A stretch of 64,000 nt of DNA from an uncultured Gemmatimonadaceae bacterium (GTDB lineage Bacteria > Gemmatimonadota > Gemmatimonadetes > Gemmatimonadales > Gemmatimonadaceae). Where the stretch lies: the NCBI GenBank assembly GCA_963740355.1, contig CAVUDW010000002.1:736001-800000 (forward strand), in the 5' to 3' direction. A program made the translations under genes and the position numbers. Positions 19,529-28,203 of the stretch are shown piece after piece. Within the stretch, counting starts at the first letter, position 1. Each line of letters starts with the position of its first letter. The notes beneath the pieces are model-generated. The model made no database searches, was not told the DNA's origin, and saw nothing but the letters and a program-made list of their open reading frames with translations.

Positions 19529-20755
19529 ATGTTTTCCCGCGTTGTGTGCTCTGCCGTCGACAGGACGAGGTCCCGTCGCGCCCGCACAGACGCGAATCGG
19601 TTGCTGCTCGCGTCCCTGACATTTCTCGCGGCCGGCCCGCTGGCGGCGCAGGCCCAGACGCGCGCTGCGGCGGCCGCTGCACTCGCGCGCGCCGGTGATG
19701 CAGTCGTCACCATCGTGGCGTATCGCGAGGGCAGCGCGGACGTGGTCAGTGGCACCGGCGTTCGCGTGACTGATGGTCGAGTGATCACCGCGCTCCGGCA
19801 CCTGCGCGGCGCGTCGCGGGTCGAGGTGTTCGGCGCAAACGGCGACCTGCTCGCCACCGCCACCACGCTCGATCAGGCCGAAGTGAAGCTGGACCTGGCC
19901 GTGTTGCCGCCAATCGCGGAGCCCGGCGGTCGCATCACGCTTGCCCGGCGATCAGCCGTTCTTGCACAGAAGGTGAGTCTGCTGGGGCCGAAGAAGGGGA
20001 CCGTCCGCTTCGTGGCACCGCGCACGGTCACCCATGTCGAACCAGACGATGCGGGCCGGCCAGTGCTCCGCCTTGGTGCGCAGATTTCGGGAAGTGCGGT
20101 GGGTTCTCCGGTGGTCAACGTGCGTAGCGAATTGATCGGAATCGCCCTCGGCACGATTCCCGGCAAGGATGATGGCGACGTGGCGGTGGACGTGAGTGCC
20201 ATCCGCGAGCTCCTGGCACGCCCCGTTGCGCGTCTCGGTTTTCCGACCCGTGATGGTACTATCGCCGCCGCACGTGCACCCGTCGATCCCAAGGCGGTCC
20301 CCGGCGCGGCCCGCCCCGCCGAGACGAACGCGCGGCCGCGTGCGAGCATCTTCCCTGAACGCTATGGGGCGCCGATCAGCGCCGACACGGCGGGGCCGTT
20401 TGCCGTAGAACTGTTCGGGTGTGCGCGCCTCGAGTCGCGGCAGAAGGTGTATTGCTACCTCCGTATCACGAACCTGGCCCGGGGTGGGACATTCGAGGTC
20501 AATGGCGGCGATCTCGCGGATAGCACCCGGCGAAAGTCGCGGTCTGCCGAAAACCTGATGCTCGGCGAGACCACCCAGCGCGTGGCCGGATGGCGGACCA
20601 AAGCCGCCGTACCGCTGCGCGAACTGGAGTCGGCGCGGGTGGCGCTGGAGTTCACCCCACCGGAGCGCGACAGTGACGCGGCGCGCCTGATGCTCGACGT
20701 CGCCGGTGAGAGAACCTTGTGGTTTGGACCGTTCGTCCTGCAGAGAGCGCCCTGA
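19529..20755 (+). CDS. Secreted trypsin-like protein, probably catalytically inactive, with C-terminal beta-rich domain
   Basis: Signal-like segment; trypsin scaffold (SGTGV, VITALRHL, DLAVL, GSPVVN..ELIGI) but SAVGS in place of GNSGG. Confidence 0.7.
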   Translation: MFSRVVCSAVDRTRSRRARTDANRLLLASLTFLAAGPLAAQAQTRAAAAAALARAGDAVVTIVAYREGSADVVSGTGVRVTDGRVITALRHLRGASRVEVFGANGDLLATATTLDQAEVKLDLAVLPPIAEPGGRITLARRSAVLAQKVSLLGPKKGTVRFVAPRTVTHVEPDDAGRPVLRLGAQISGSAVGSPVVNVRSELIGIALGTIPGKDDGDVAVDVSAIRELLARPVARLGFPTRDGTIAAARAPVDPKAVPGAARPAETNARPRASIFPERYGAPISADTAGPFAVELFGCARLESRQKVYCYLRITNLARGGTFEVNGGDLADSTRRKSRSAENLMLGETTQRVAGWRTKAAVPLRELESARVALEFTPPERDSDAARLMLDVAGERTLWFGPFVLQRAP

Positions 20756-20850
20756 TCCGCCATATTGGAGGCGGTATCGGGTGCCGCGGCGTTTGGGTCG
20801 CGGGGCGCCGATGAGGATCGAATTCCTGAGCTACGGGGTCTGAGCGTCGC

Positions 20851-22737
20851 ATGATCGGTGAACGCATCGGCCACCTCAGAGTCATCGCGTCCATTGGCGT
20901 CGGTGGCATGGGTGCCGTTTGGCATGCCGTTGACGAATTGCTGGATCGCCACGTCGCGCTCAAGGTCATTCGCCCTGAGCTGATGTCGAGGCCCGGCCTC
21001 GCCGAGCGTTTCCGCTCCGAGGCGATCGTCCTCGCGCGCCTCCAGCATCCGTGCATCGCCGCGCTCTACGGCCTCGAGAAGCGCGGCGACGAATTCGTGA
21101 TGGTGATGGAGTACGTCGACGGCCAGACGTTGGACGCAAAGCTCGCGACGCAGGGCGCTCTGCCCTGGCCTGAGGCCACGCGCATCACGCGCGCCGTGCT
21201 CGATGCGCTCGACCATGCCCACGAAAGCGGCGTCATTCACCGCGACATCAAGCCGGCCAACGTCATGATCACCCGCGCCGGTCGCGTGAAGGTGATGGAC
21301 TTTGGTATCGCACGACTGGTGGGCGCCCAGCGCCAGACGCGCACCGGTGCCGCTGTCGGCACGCCGTCATACATGTCGCCCGAGCAGTTGCTGGGGCAGG
21401 AAGTGGATGGCCGCGCCGACGTGTATGCGGTTGGCACGCTGCTGTACGAGCTCACCACCGGTCACCTCCCGTTTGAAGTCGAGGGTGACTACCTGCGCAT
21501 GATCGCGCAGCTGCAGCAGGTGCCCAGCGCCCCGAGTACGCACAATGCCGAGCTGCCGAGCGGTCTCGACCTGATCGTCGCGCGTGCGCTGCAGAAGGAG
21601 CCAGACGATCGTTTTGCGACATCGGGTGACTTCCGCGACGCGCTCGAGGAATTGGAGCGCGAGCATGGCGTGCTGCGACCATACGGCACGCCGGCGACAG
21701 GTTCTGCGTCGGTGCCCGGTGCCGCGTCGCCGCGCACATCGTCCGGTGCCACCCCCGCCATCTCGTCGCAGCCGACACCCGCATTCAACCCCAACTCCTC
21801 GGCGCTGTTGACGCCTGTGGAGTCGGCGATGAGTGTCACGCCGGTGCCGTTTTCGATTGAGCCTGCGGGCGCAACGCCGATCGACAACGACCTGCCACCG
21901 CTGTTCCCGCCTGCCGCTGCATCGATGCCAGAGCCCGCGCCATCGCGCCCGGGTGCGGTCGCGTCGCCGACGCCTGAGTTCGTGGTTGCGACGCCCGAGC
22001 CCGCGAAGCGCAGCGCGTTGCCGCGTGCAATGATGGCGATAGGTGCCATTGCCGTTGTTGCCGTCGCTGGCGTGCTCCTGACGCGGAGCTTGACGGAGCG
22101 TGAAAATCAGGCAGCCGCGTCGGCAACCGACAGCGCGGCGGCACCGGCTCCGCCTGTCACTGCAGCGCCAGTCGCGCCGGTCGCGCCTCCTCCGCAAGTC
22201 GTCACGGCAGCACCCGTCACGACCGATTCAGTCGATAGCGCGGCGGTGAAGAAGGCATTGGCCGATTCGCTGCGGCTCGTTCGTCGTGCGGCCCGTGATT
22301 CGGCCAAGAGACTCGCCGACTCGATTGCCGCCGCGTCAGGAGCTGCGGTCTTCGCGCTGCCAGGTAGCGGCACGCCGTCGAATGCCGATCTCGATCAGGC
22401 GCGCCGGGCGGGTCGTCAGGCGGCCGAGGAATGTGTCGCGGTGCTTGGCTCGCACGACATGGGTCGGATCTCTGCCCTCTTCGGCGGTGAACAGACGAAG
22501 AACGTCTTCCGCATCGCGAAAGAAGGGAAGCTCGACGTGAATGGCCCGCTCCGCCCGGCGGTCGAGCCGGAGACGGATCGTGCGACCACCCGATTCACGG
22601 CGCTGCTCACCTGGAAGAGCGGCAACAACGAAGATCGAACCGCAAGCGCGACGCTCCGCGCGATCACCGAGCGCAAGGGCACGGCGTGGACCACCAGGAA
22701 ATGCCTGATCGATAACGACGGCGGCGCACGGTTCTAG
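20851..22737 (+). CDS. Transmembrane Ser/Thr protein kinase, paralog of 17708-19372
   Basis: IGVGGMGAV, HRDIKPAN, DFGIA, GTPSYMSPEQ; Pro-rich linker, TM, related C-terminal domain. Confidence 0.93.
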   Translation: MIGERIGHLRVIASIGVGGMGAVWHAVDELLDRHVALKVIRPELMSRPGLAERFRSEAIVLARLQHPCIAALYGLEKRGDEFVMVMEYVDGQTLDAKLATQGALPWPEATRITRAVLDALDHAHESGVIHRDIKPANVMITRAGRVKVMDFGIARLVGAQRQTRTGAAVGTPSYMSPEQLLGQEVDGRADVYAVGTLLYELTTGHLPFEVEGDYLRMIAQLQQVPSAPSTHNAELPSGLDLIVARALQKEPDDRFATSGDFRDALEELEREHGVLRPYGTPATGSASVPGAASPRTSSGATPAISSQPTPAFNPNSSALLTPVESAMSVTPVPFSIEPAGATPIDNDLPPLFPPAAASMPEPAPSRPGAVASPTPEFVVATPEPAKRSALPRAMMAIGAIAVVAVAGVLLTRSLTERENQAAASATDSAAAPAPPVTAAPVAPVAPPPQVVTAAPVTTDSVDSAAVKKALADSLRLVRRAARDSAKRLADSIAAASGAAVFALPGSGTPSNADLDQARRAGRQAAEECVAVLGSHDMGRISALFGGEQTKNVFRIAKEGKLDVNGPLRPAVEPETDRATTRFTALLTWKSGNNEDRTASATLRAITERKGTAWTTRKCLIDNDGGARF

Positions 22738-22789
22738 GACCGTACGCCGCCGTTGATGTCTGCCTGTCGGTTCTTGCGCCGCGGTCTCG

Positions 22790-24001
22790 TCAGGCGCCGC
22801 GGATTCCCAGCTTCTCGCCGACCTTCACGAACGCCCGCACCGCGAATTCCAGATCCTCGCGGGTGTGCGCGGACGATACCTGGCAGCGGACACGCGCCTG
22901 TCCCTGCGGCACCACCGGGAAGCCGAAGCCGGTCACGAAGATCCCTTCCGCCAGCAATGCCTGGCTCATCGCGATGGCGGTCGACGTCTCACCGACGATG
23001 ATCGGCACGATCGGCGTCTCACCCGGGAGCGGCGAAAATCCTGCCTCCGTGATCGCCTTGCGGAACCAGTCGGCATTCTCGTGCAGCCGTGTCACCCGCT
23101 CCGGCTGTGCCTCGATCACACGCACCGCTTCCAGCGCGCTGCAGGCAATCGTGGGGGCCAGCGCGTTCGAGAAGAGCTGCGGGCGGCTCGACTGAATCAG
23201 GGTGTCACAGAGCGCCGCGCTGCCAGCCACGAAGCCACCAGCCGCGCCGCCGAGTGCCTTGCCGAGGGTGCTGGTGATGATGTCCACCTCACCCAGCACA
23301 CCGCAGTGTTCCGCGGTGCCCCGTCCGGTCTTTCCCATCACGCCGGTCGCGTGACTGTCGTCCATGACGAGGATGGAATTCGTGTCGCGCGCAATCTGCA
23401 GGAGCTCCGGGAGCTTGGCCACGCTGCCTTCCATGCTGAACACGCCATCGGTCCAGATCACGCGTCGCCGTGCACCGGCGTTGGCCGCCAGCTTCTCGCG
23501 CAGGTCGTCGAGGTCGCCGTGCTTGTAGACGCCAGTGGTGCACTTCGTGATCGACTTCGCGAGCCGGATGCTGTCGATGATGCTGGCGTGGTTCAGCGCG
23601 TCGCTGACCACGAAATCACCCTCCTTCACGATGCAGTGCGTCAGGCCTTCGTTCGCGGTCCAGGCCGAGACGTAGCTCATGGCGGCCTCGGTGCCGACGA
23701 ATCGCGCCAGCGCCGCTTCCAGCTCGCGGTGGATCGTGAAGGTGCCGCAGATGAAACGGACGGAGCCGGTGCCGGCTCCGAATTGCTTCAACCCGTCGAT
23801 GCCCGCCTGCACCACGCTCGGCTCGTCGCAGAGGCCGAGGTAGTTGTTCGACGACAGAATGAGGACCTCACCGTGGCCCTCCATCTGTACCCGGGCTGAC
23901 TGCGGGCTGCTGAGGTAGTTCAGCGTCTTGTAGACGCGATCCGCCTTAAGCTGATCCAGGTTCGCCTGCAGTTCGGCGGTGAACGCGTGATTGAGAGACA
24001 T
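22790..24001 (-). CDS. kbl: Glycine C-acetyltransferase (2-amino-3-ketobutyrate CoA ligase)
   Basis: SSNNYLGL, SVRFICGT, SDALNHASIID, TDGVFSMEG, DDSHATG, TLGKALGGA, FPVVPQGQARVR; in an operon with tdh. Confidence 0.92.
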   Translation of the reverse strand: MSLNHAFTAELQANLDQLKADRVYKTLNYLSSPQSARVQMEGHGEVLILSSNNYLGLCDEPSVVQAGIDGLKQFGAGTGSVRFICGTFTIHRELEAALARFVGTEAAMSYVSAWTANEGLTHCIVKEGDFVVSDALNHASIIDSIRLAKSITKCTTGVYKHGDLDDLREKLAANAGARRRVIWTDGVFSMEGSVAKLPELLQIARDTNSILVMDDSHATGVMGKTGRGTAEHCGVLGEVDIITSTLGKALGGAAGGFVAGSAALCDTLIQSSRPQLFSNALAPTIACSALEAVRVIEAQPERVTRLHENADWFRKAITEAGFSPLPGETPIVPIIVGETSTAIAMSQALLAEGIFVTGFGFPVVPQGQARVRCQVSSAHTREDLEFAVRAFVKVGEKLGIRGA

Positions 24002-24006
24002 ATATG

Positions 24007-25008
24007 TCAGGGCTCAGGTGGGACGGACGGCCGCTCGCCATCCTCCGTCAGTATCCAGCGCAACATCTCGGCATCCACGTTGCCGCCCGAGACGATGATG
24101 CCGACGCGACCGGTCACGCCGGCCTTGCCGCTCATCATGGCCGCCAGGGCAAGCGCACCTGTCGGCTCGATCACGAGCTTCATGCGGAGCATCGCGAAGC
24201 GCACGGCGGCGACCAGGTCGGCATCCGACACCGTCACCATGCCATCCACGTGCTGCAGCAGCAGCGGGAAGGTGAGCGCACCTGGCGCCATCGTGCGTGC
24301 GCCGTCGGCGATCGTGGCCGGCACGGCGCTCAGCCGTTGCGGCGACTTCGTGAGGAAGCTCCGCGTGATGTCATCGCCGAGTTCCGGCTCGACACCGATG
24401 ACACGGCAGCCCGGTGACATCGCATGGGCGGCCATCGCCGATCCAGTCAACAACCCACCGCCGCCACAACAGACCAGCAGCGCGTCGAGTGGCCCGGTTT
24501 CTTCGAGGAGTTCCGCTGCAGCGGTGCCCTGGCCGGCAATCACATCGAAGTGATCGAACGGCGGAATCAGCGTGGCGCCGGTCTCGGCCACGATCTGCTG
24601 TGCGACGACCTCACGCTTGTCTTCCGCCGGATCGTACCGGACCACTCTCGCACCATATCCCTCGGTGGCATCGAGCTTGGCCTTCGGTGCGTTGGACGGC
24701 ATGACGATCGTTGCAGGCATGCCGAGCATTCGCGCCGACAGCGCGACCGCCTGTGCATGATTGCCGCTCGAGTAGGCCACCACACCGCGTGCCCGGACGT
24801 CGGCGGACATCGCGCTGAGGGCGTTGTAGGCGCCGCGAAACTTGAAGGCGCCCATGCGCTGGAGGTTCTCGCACTTGAGAAACAGCTGGGCGCCAACCAG
24901 CGCGTCGAGGGTGCGAGAGGTCATGACCGGGGTGCGATGCGCCACCCCGGCAATTCGCTGACGGGCGTGCTCGACGTCGGCGAAGGTCGGAAGGAGTGGC
25001 TCAGTCAT
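24007..25008 (-). CDS. PLP-dependent threonine/serine dehydratase-family enzyme (threo-3-hydroxyaspartate ammonia-lyase-like)
   Basis: LKCENLQRMGAFKFRGA, YSSGNHAQ, IPPFDH, GGGGL, TIADGART, IEPTG, SGGN; start at MTEPLLP. Confidence 0.88.
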   Translation of the reverse strand: MTEPLLPTFADVEHARQRIAGVAHRTPVMTSRTLDALVGAQLFLKCENLQRMGAFKFRGAYNALSAMSADVRARGVVAYSSGNHAQAVALSARMLGMPATIVMPSNAPKAKLDATEGYGARVVRYDPAEDKREVVAQQIVAETGATLIPPFDHFDVIAGQGTAAAELLEETGPLDALLVCCGGGGLLTGSAMAAHAMSPGCRVIGVEPELGDDITRSFLTKSPQRLSAVPATIADGARTMAPGALTFPLLLQHVDGMVTVSDADLVAAVRFAMLRMKLVIEPTGALALAAMMSGKAGVTGRVGIIVSGGNVDAEMLRWILTEDGERPSVPPEP

Positions 25009-26029
25009 TGACTTCGAAGACCACCTTGCCGGCGGTGCCGTTCTTGATGACTTCCATTGCAGTGGCGAAGTCTTCCAGTGGGAATCGGTGGGTGATGACC
25101 GGGGTGGGATCGAAGGCACCGGAGCGCAGGAACCGCGACATCTGGTCCCATGTGTCGTACATGCGGCGGCCGACGACACCGTAGACGGTGAGTCCCTTGA
25201 AGATGATCTCCGTCGCGAAGTCGATGTCGATCGGCTTCGACGGGATGCCGAGCATCTGCACGCGACCGGCGGGGCGCGCGAGCGCGAATGCCTGATGCAC
25301 CGCAGATGGGACGCCACTCATCTCGAGCACGACGTCGGCGCCAAGGCCGCTCGTCCAGCCCATCACGGTGGCTTTTGCATCTTGCGGCAGGACCGCTTCA
25401 TGCGCGCCCATCTGCCGCGCGAGGGCCAGTCGCGTGGGGTTCACATCCACTGCGATCACGCGTGATGCACCCGCGGCGCGACAGATCCCGACCGCGAAGA
25501 GGCCGATCGGTCCGCACCCGGTGACCAGCACCACGCTGCCCGGAATATTCGCCGTCAGCGCGGTGTGAAAGGCATTGCCCATCGGGTCCATGATGCCGCC
25601 CACTTCGTAGCTGAGCGTGGCATCGAGCGGCCAGATGTTCGACGCCGGCATCGCGATGTAGTCGGCGAAGCACCCGTCACGGTCGACGCCGATGATGCGC
25701 GTCGAGAGGTCCACGTGTGCATTGCCGGTGCGGCTGAGGACACTCCGCTCATCCACGATGTGCCCTTCGGCGGTGACCCGATCACCCGCTTTCACGTGGT
25801 GTACCAGCGGTCCGGCCTCCACCACATCGCCGGCGAATTCATGCCCCACGACGAATGGCGGTTTGCATCGACCGGCGGCCCACGCGTCCCATTCGTGGAT
25901 GTGCACGTCGGTGCCGCAGACGCCTGCGCGTCGCACCCGGATCAGTACTTCGTCGTCTCGAATCGTCGGAGTCGGCACGTCGTGCAGCTCGAAACCGGGG
26001 CCTGCATGGGTCTTCACGAGTGCTCGCAC
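25001..26029 (-). CDS. tdh: L-threonine 3-dehydrogenase
   Basis: GVCGTDVHI..WD.WA, VGHEFAG, DPMGNAFHTAL, GCGPIG, LEMSG, IIFKGL, GRRMYDTW; GTG start; clustered with kbl. Confidence 0.9.
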   Translation of the reverse strand: MRALVKTHAGPGFELHDVPTPTIRDDEVLIRVRRAGVCGTDVHIHEWDAWAAGRCKPPFVVGHEFAGDVVEAGPLVHHVKAGDRVTAEGHIVDERSVLSRTGNAHVDLSTRIIGVDRDGCFADYIAMPASNIWPLDATLSYEVGGIMDPMGNAFHTALTANIPGSVVLVTGCGPIGLFAVGICRAAGASRVIAVDVNPTRLALARQMGAHEAVLPQDAKATVMGWTSGLGADVVLEMSGVPSAVHQAFALARPAGRVQMLGIPSKPIDIDFATEIIFKGLTVYGVVGRRMYDTWDQMSRFLRSGAFDPTPVITHRFPLEDFATAMEVIKNGTAGKVVFEVND

Positions 26030-26550
26030 GAGCACTGCTCCGTTGCTTGAGGAAGGGAATTTCGCGGCGCGTTCTCCGCGTCGGGTGCACGTCGCGGTGC
26101 ACCGGAGTGCGTGAAAGGTGCCGGACGCGCACCGGTGATGGAAGGTGCCACGCGCCCGCCGATGCCACGGATTTTCGGTCGCGTCGCCGCCGGCACCATC
26201 ACCCGCGCGCGGCGCGCCGTGCCGATCCGTGACCCCGCGGTGCGCCTGCCAGTGCGATGCGCCCCACCACACATGCGCTGACGAAAAACCGCACAGGATG
26301 TGCATTTCGTCGCGTAACGCGGCGCATCTGGTGACCGCTTGCATCGATGTGCGAACCGGATTTTCGGCGCCATTCAAACACGCCGCTGAGCGTCCGATAC
26401 TCTCGCTGCAGCACCGCAATTGGATGAGCCACGCGCGCGATGCCGCACGCACCGCCGGAAATTTTTTCTTCCATATGTCTTGCGCGCTGTTTTTCGGCAC
26501 TTCTATATTCGCGTCAACTTGTCAAGGGCTCTCAGAGCCGAGGGTACTGC

Positions 26551-28203
26551 GTGACATCTTCCCGTCGCGAATTCCTCAAGAGCAGCGCCACCGTCGCCGC
26601 AGTCGGCTTCGCGGCGAATCTCGCGTCCCCGCGCTTCGCGGGTGCCGCAGCGCCCGCATCGCGCTTTGCCGATGACGCCCTGCGCATCGCGCCAACGGTC
26701 GGCGACCCTGCAATTCGCGAACTGGTCCTCTCCGCGATCGATGCCGCCAAGCGCGCCGGCGCCAGCTATGCCGATGCACGCATCAGCCAGAACCGCAGCC
26801 GTCGCCTCGCCACCCGCGAGCGCCGCGTCCAGGGCCTGAGTGATGATGAGACGCTCGGTTGTGGTATCCGCGTCCTGGTGGATGGCACATGGGGATTCGC
26901 CGCCACGCGTGAGCTGACCGCCGATGCAATCGCGCGGACCGCACGCACCGCCGTCGCACAGGCCAAGGCCAACCGCCGCACGCAGGTCGCTCCCGTGCAG
27001 CTCGCGCCCGTCACGCCGACGGCGAATGGCACCTGGAGCAGCCCGATCAAGATCGATCCGTTCACGGTCGCCATCGAGGATCAGGTCGCGTTGCTGCTGC
27101 GTGCCAACGAGGCCGCACTCGGCGTCGCGGGCGTGAAATTCGTCAACTCGGCGATGTTCTTCCTCCGCGAGGAGAAGACCTTCGCCTCGACCGACGGCAC
27201 CGTCACGGTGCAGACCATCTATCGTGCGCAGCCCAGCATGACGGTCACGGCGGTCTCCAGCGACAACTCCGATTTCCAGTCGCGCCAGTCGACCGACATC
27301 CAGCCCCATGGCCTCGGCTACGAACATGTGCTCGACGGCAAGCTGGTCGAGAATGCGCCGCGCTGGGGAGCCGAAGCGGTCGAGAAGCTGAAGGCGAAGG
27401 CCGTCGATGTCGGTCGCTACGACCTCGTGTTGCACCCCTCGCATCTCTGGCTCACGATCCATGAATCGGTGGCCCACCCCACCGAACTCGATCGCGCGCT
27501 CGGCTATGAGGCCAACTACGCCGGCACCAGTTTCGTCTCGCCGCCACGCAACGTGCTCGGGAAGCTGAAGTACGGTCCCGAGATCATGAATGTGCAGGGC
27601 AATCGCACCGAGGCCGGATCGCTCGGGGCCATCGGCTGGGACGATGAAGGCGTGGCGCCGGAGACCTTCGACATCATCAAGAAGGGCGTCGTGGTCGACT
27701 ACCAGACCACCCGTGAACAGGCCGGTGAACTCGCCTGGTGGTACCAGCAGCAGGGAAAGCCGGTGCGCAGCCACGGCAACTCGTATGCGCAGAGCTGGGC
27801 CGACGTGCAGTTCCAGCGGATGCCCAACGTCTCGTTGCTCCCCGGCGAGAAGGATCTCTCCTACGAGGACCTGATCGCCGCCACCGACCGCGGCATCGCC
27901 ATCGTCGGCGACGGATCGTTCTCCATCGACCAGCAGCGCTACAACGCGCAGTTCGGCGGCCAGCTGTTCTACGAAATCCGCGGCGGCAAGATCGTCGGGA
28001 TGCTGAAGGACGTCGCATACCAGATCCGCACACCGGAGTTCTGGAACGCGATGGATATGCTCGGTGGCAAGCGGAGCTATGAACTCGGCGGTGCGTTCGG
28101 CGACGGCAAGGGTCAGCCGGCGCAGTCGAACGCCGTCAGTCATGGCTGCCCGCCGACGCGCCACCGGCAGATCAATGTCATCAACACCGGACGGAAGGCA
28201 TGA
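26551..28203 (+). CDS. tldD: TldD-family metalloprotease with twin-arginine signal
   Basis: N-terminal SRREFLK plus hydrophobic stretch; HESVAH zinc motif, WDDEGV, QRMPN, terminal SHGCP. Confidence 0.9.
   Translation: MTSSRREFLKSSATVAAVGFAANLASPRFAGAAAPASRFADDALRIAPTVGDPAIRELVLSAIDAAKRAGASYADARISQNRSRRLATRERRVQGLSDDETLGCGIRVLVDGTWGFAATRELTADAIARTARTAVAQAKANRRTQVAPVQLAPVTPTANGTWSSPIKIDPFTVAIEDQVALLLRANEAALGVAGVKFVNSAMFFLREEKTFASTDGTVTVQTIYRAQPSMTVTAVSSDNSDFQSRQSTDIQPHGLGYEHVLDGKLVENAPRWGAEAVEKLKAKAVDVGRYDLVLHPSHLWLTIHESVAHPTELDRALGYEANYAGTSFVSPPRNVLGKLKYGPEIMNVQGNRTEAGSLGAIGWDDEGVAPETFDIIKKGVVVDYQTTREQAGELAWWYQQQGKPVRSHGNSYAQSWADVQFQRMPNVSLLPGEKDLSYEDLIAATDRGIAIVGDGSFSIDQQRYNAQFGGQLFYEIRGGKIVGMLKDVAYQIRTPEFWNAMDMLGGKRSYELGGAFGDGKGQPAQSNAVSHGCPPTRHRQINVINTGRKA

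Noticed and set aside
13787..22737. T6SS post-translational regulatory cluster (PpkA/PppA/Fha)
   Set aside because: No tss or tag genes in the window, and the FHA domain is fused to a protease.
26030..26550. ncRNA or sigma54 promoter in the tdh-tldD gap (CGGCACCTTTCACGCA at 26108-26123, minus strand; AAGGTGCC..ACGCGC direct repeat)
   Set aside because: Weak -12 element and no recognisable riboswitch; insufficient support.
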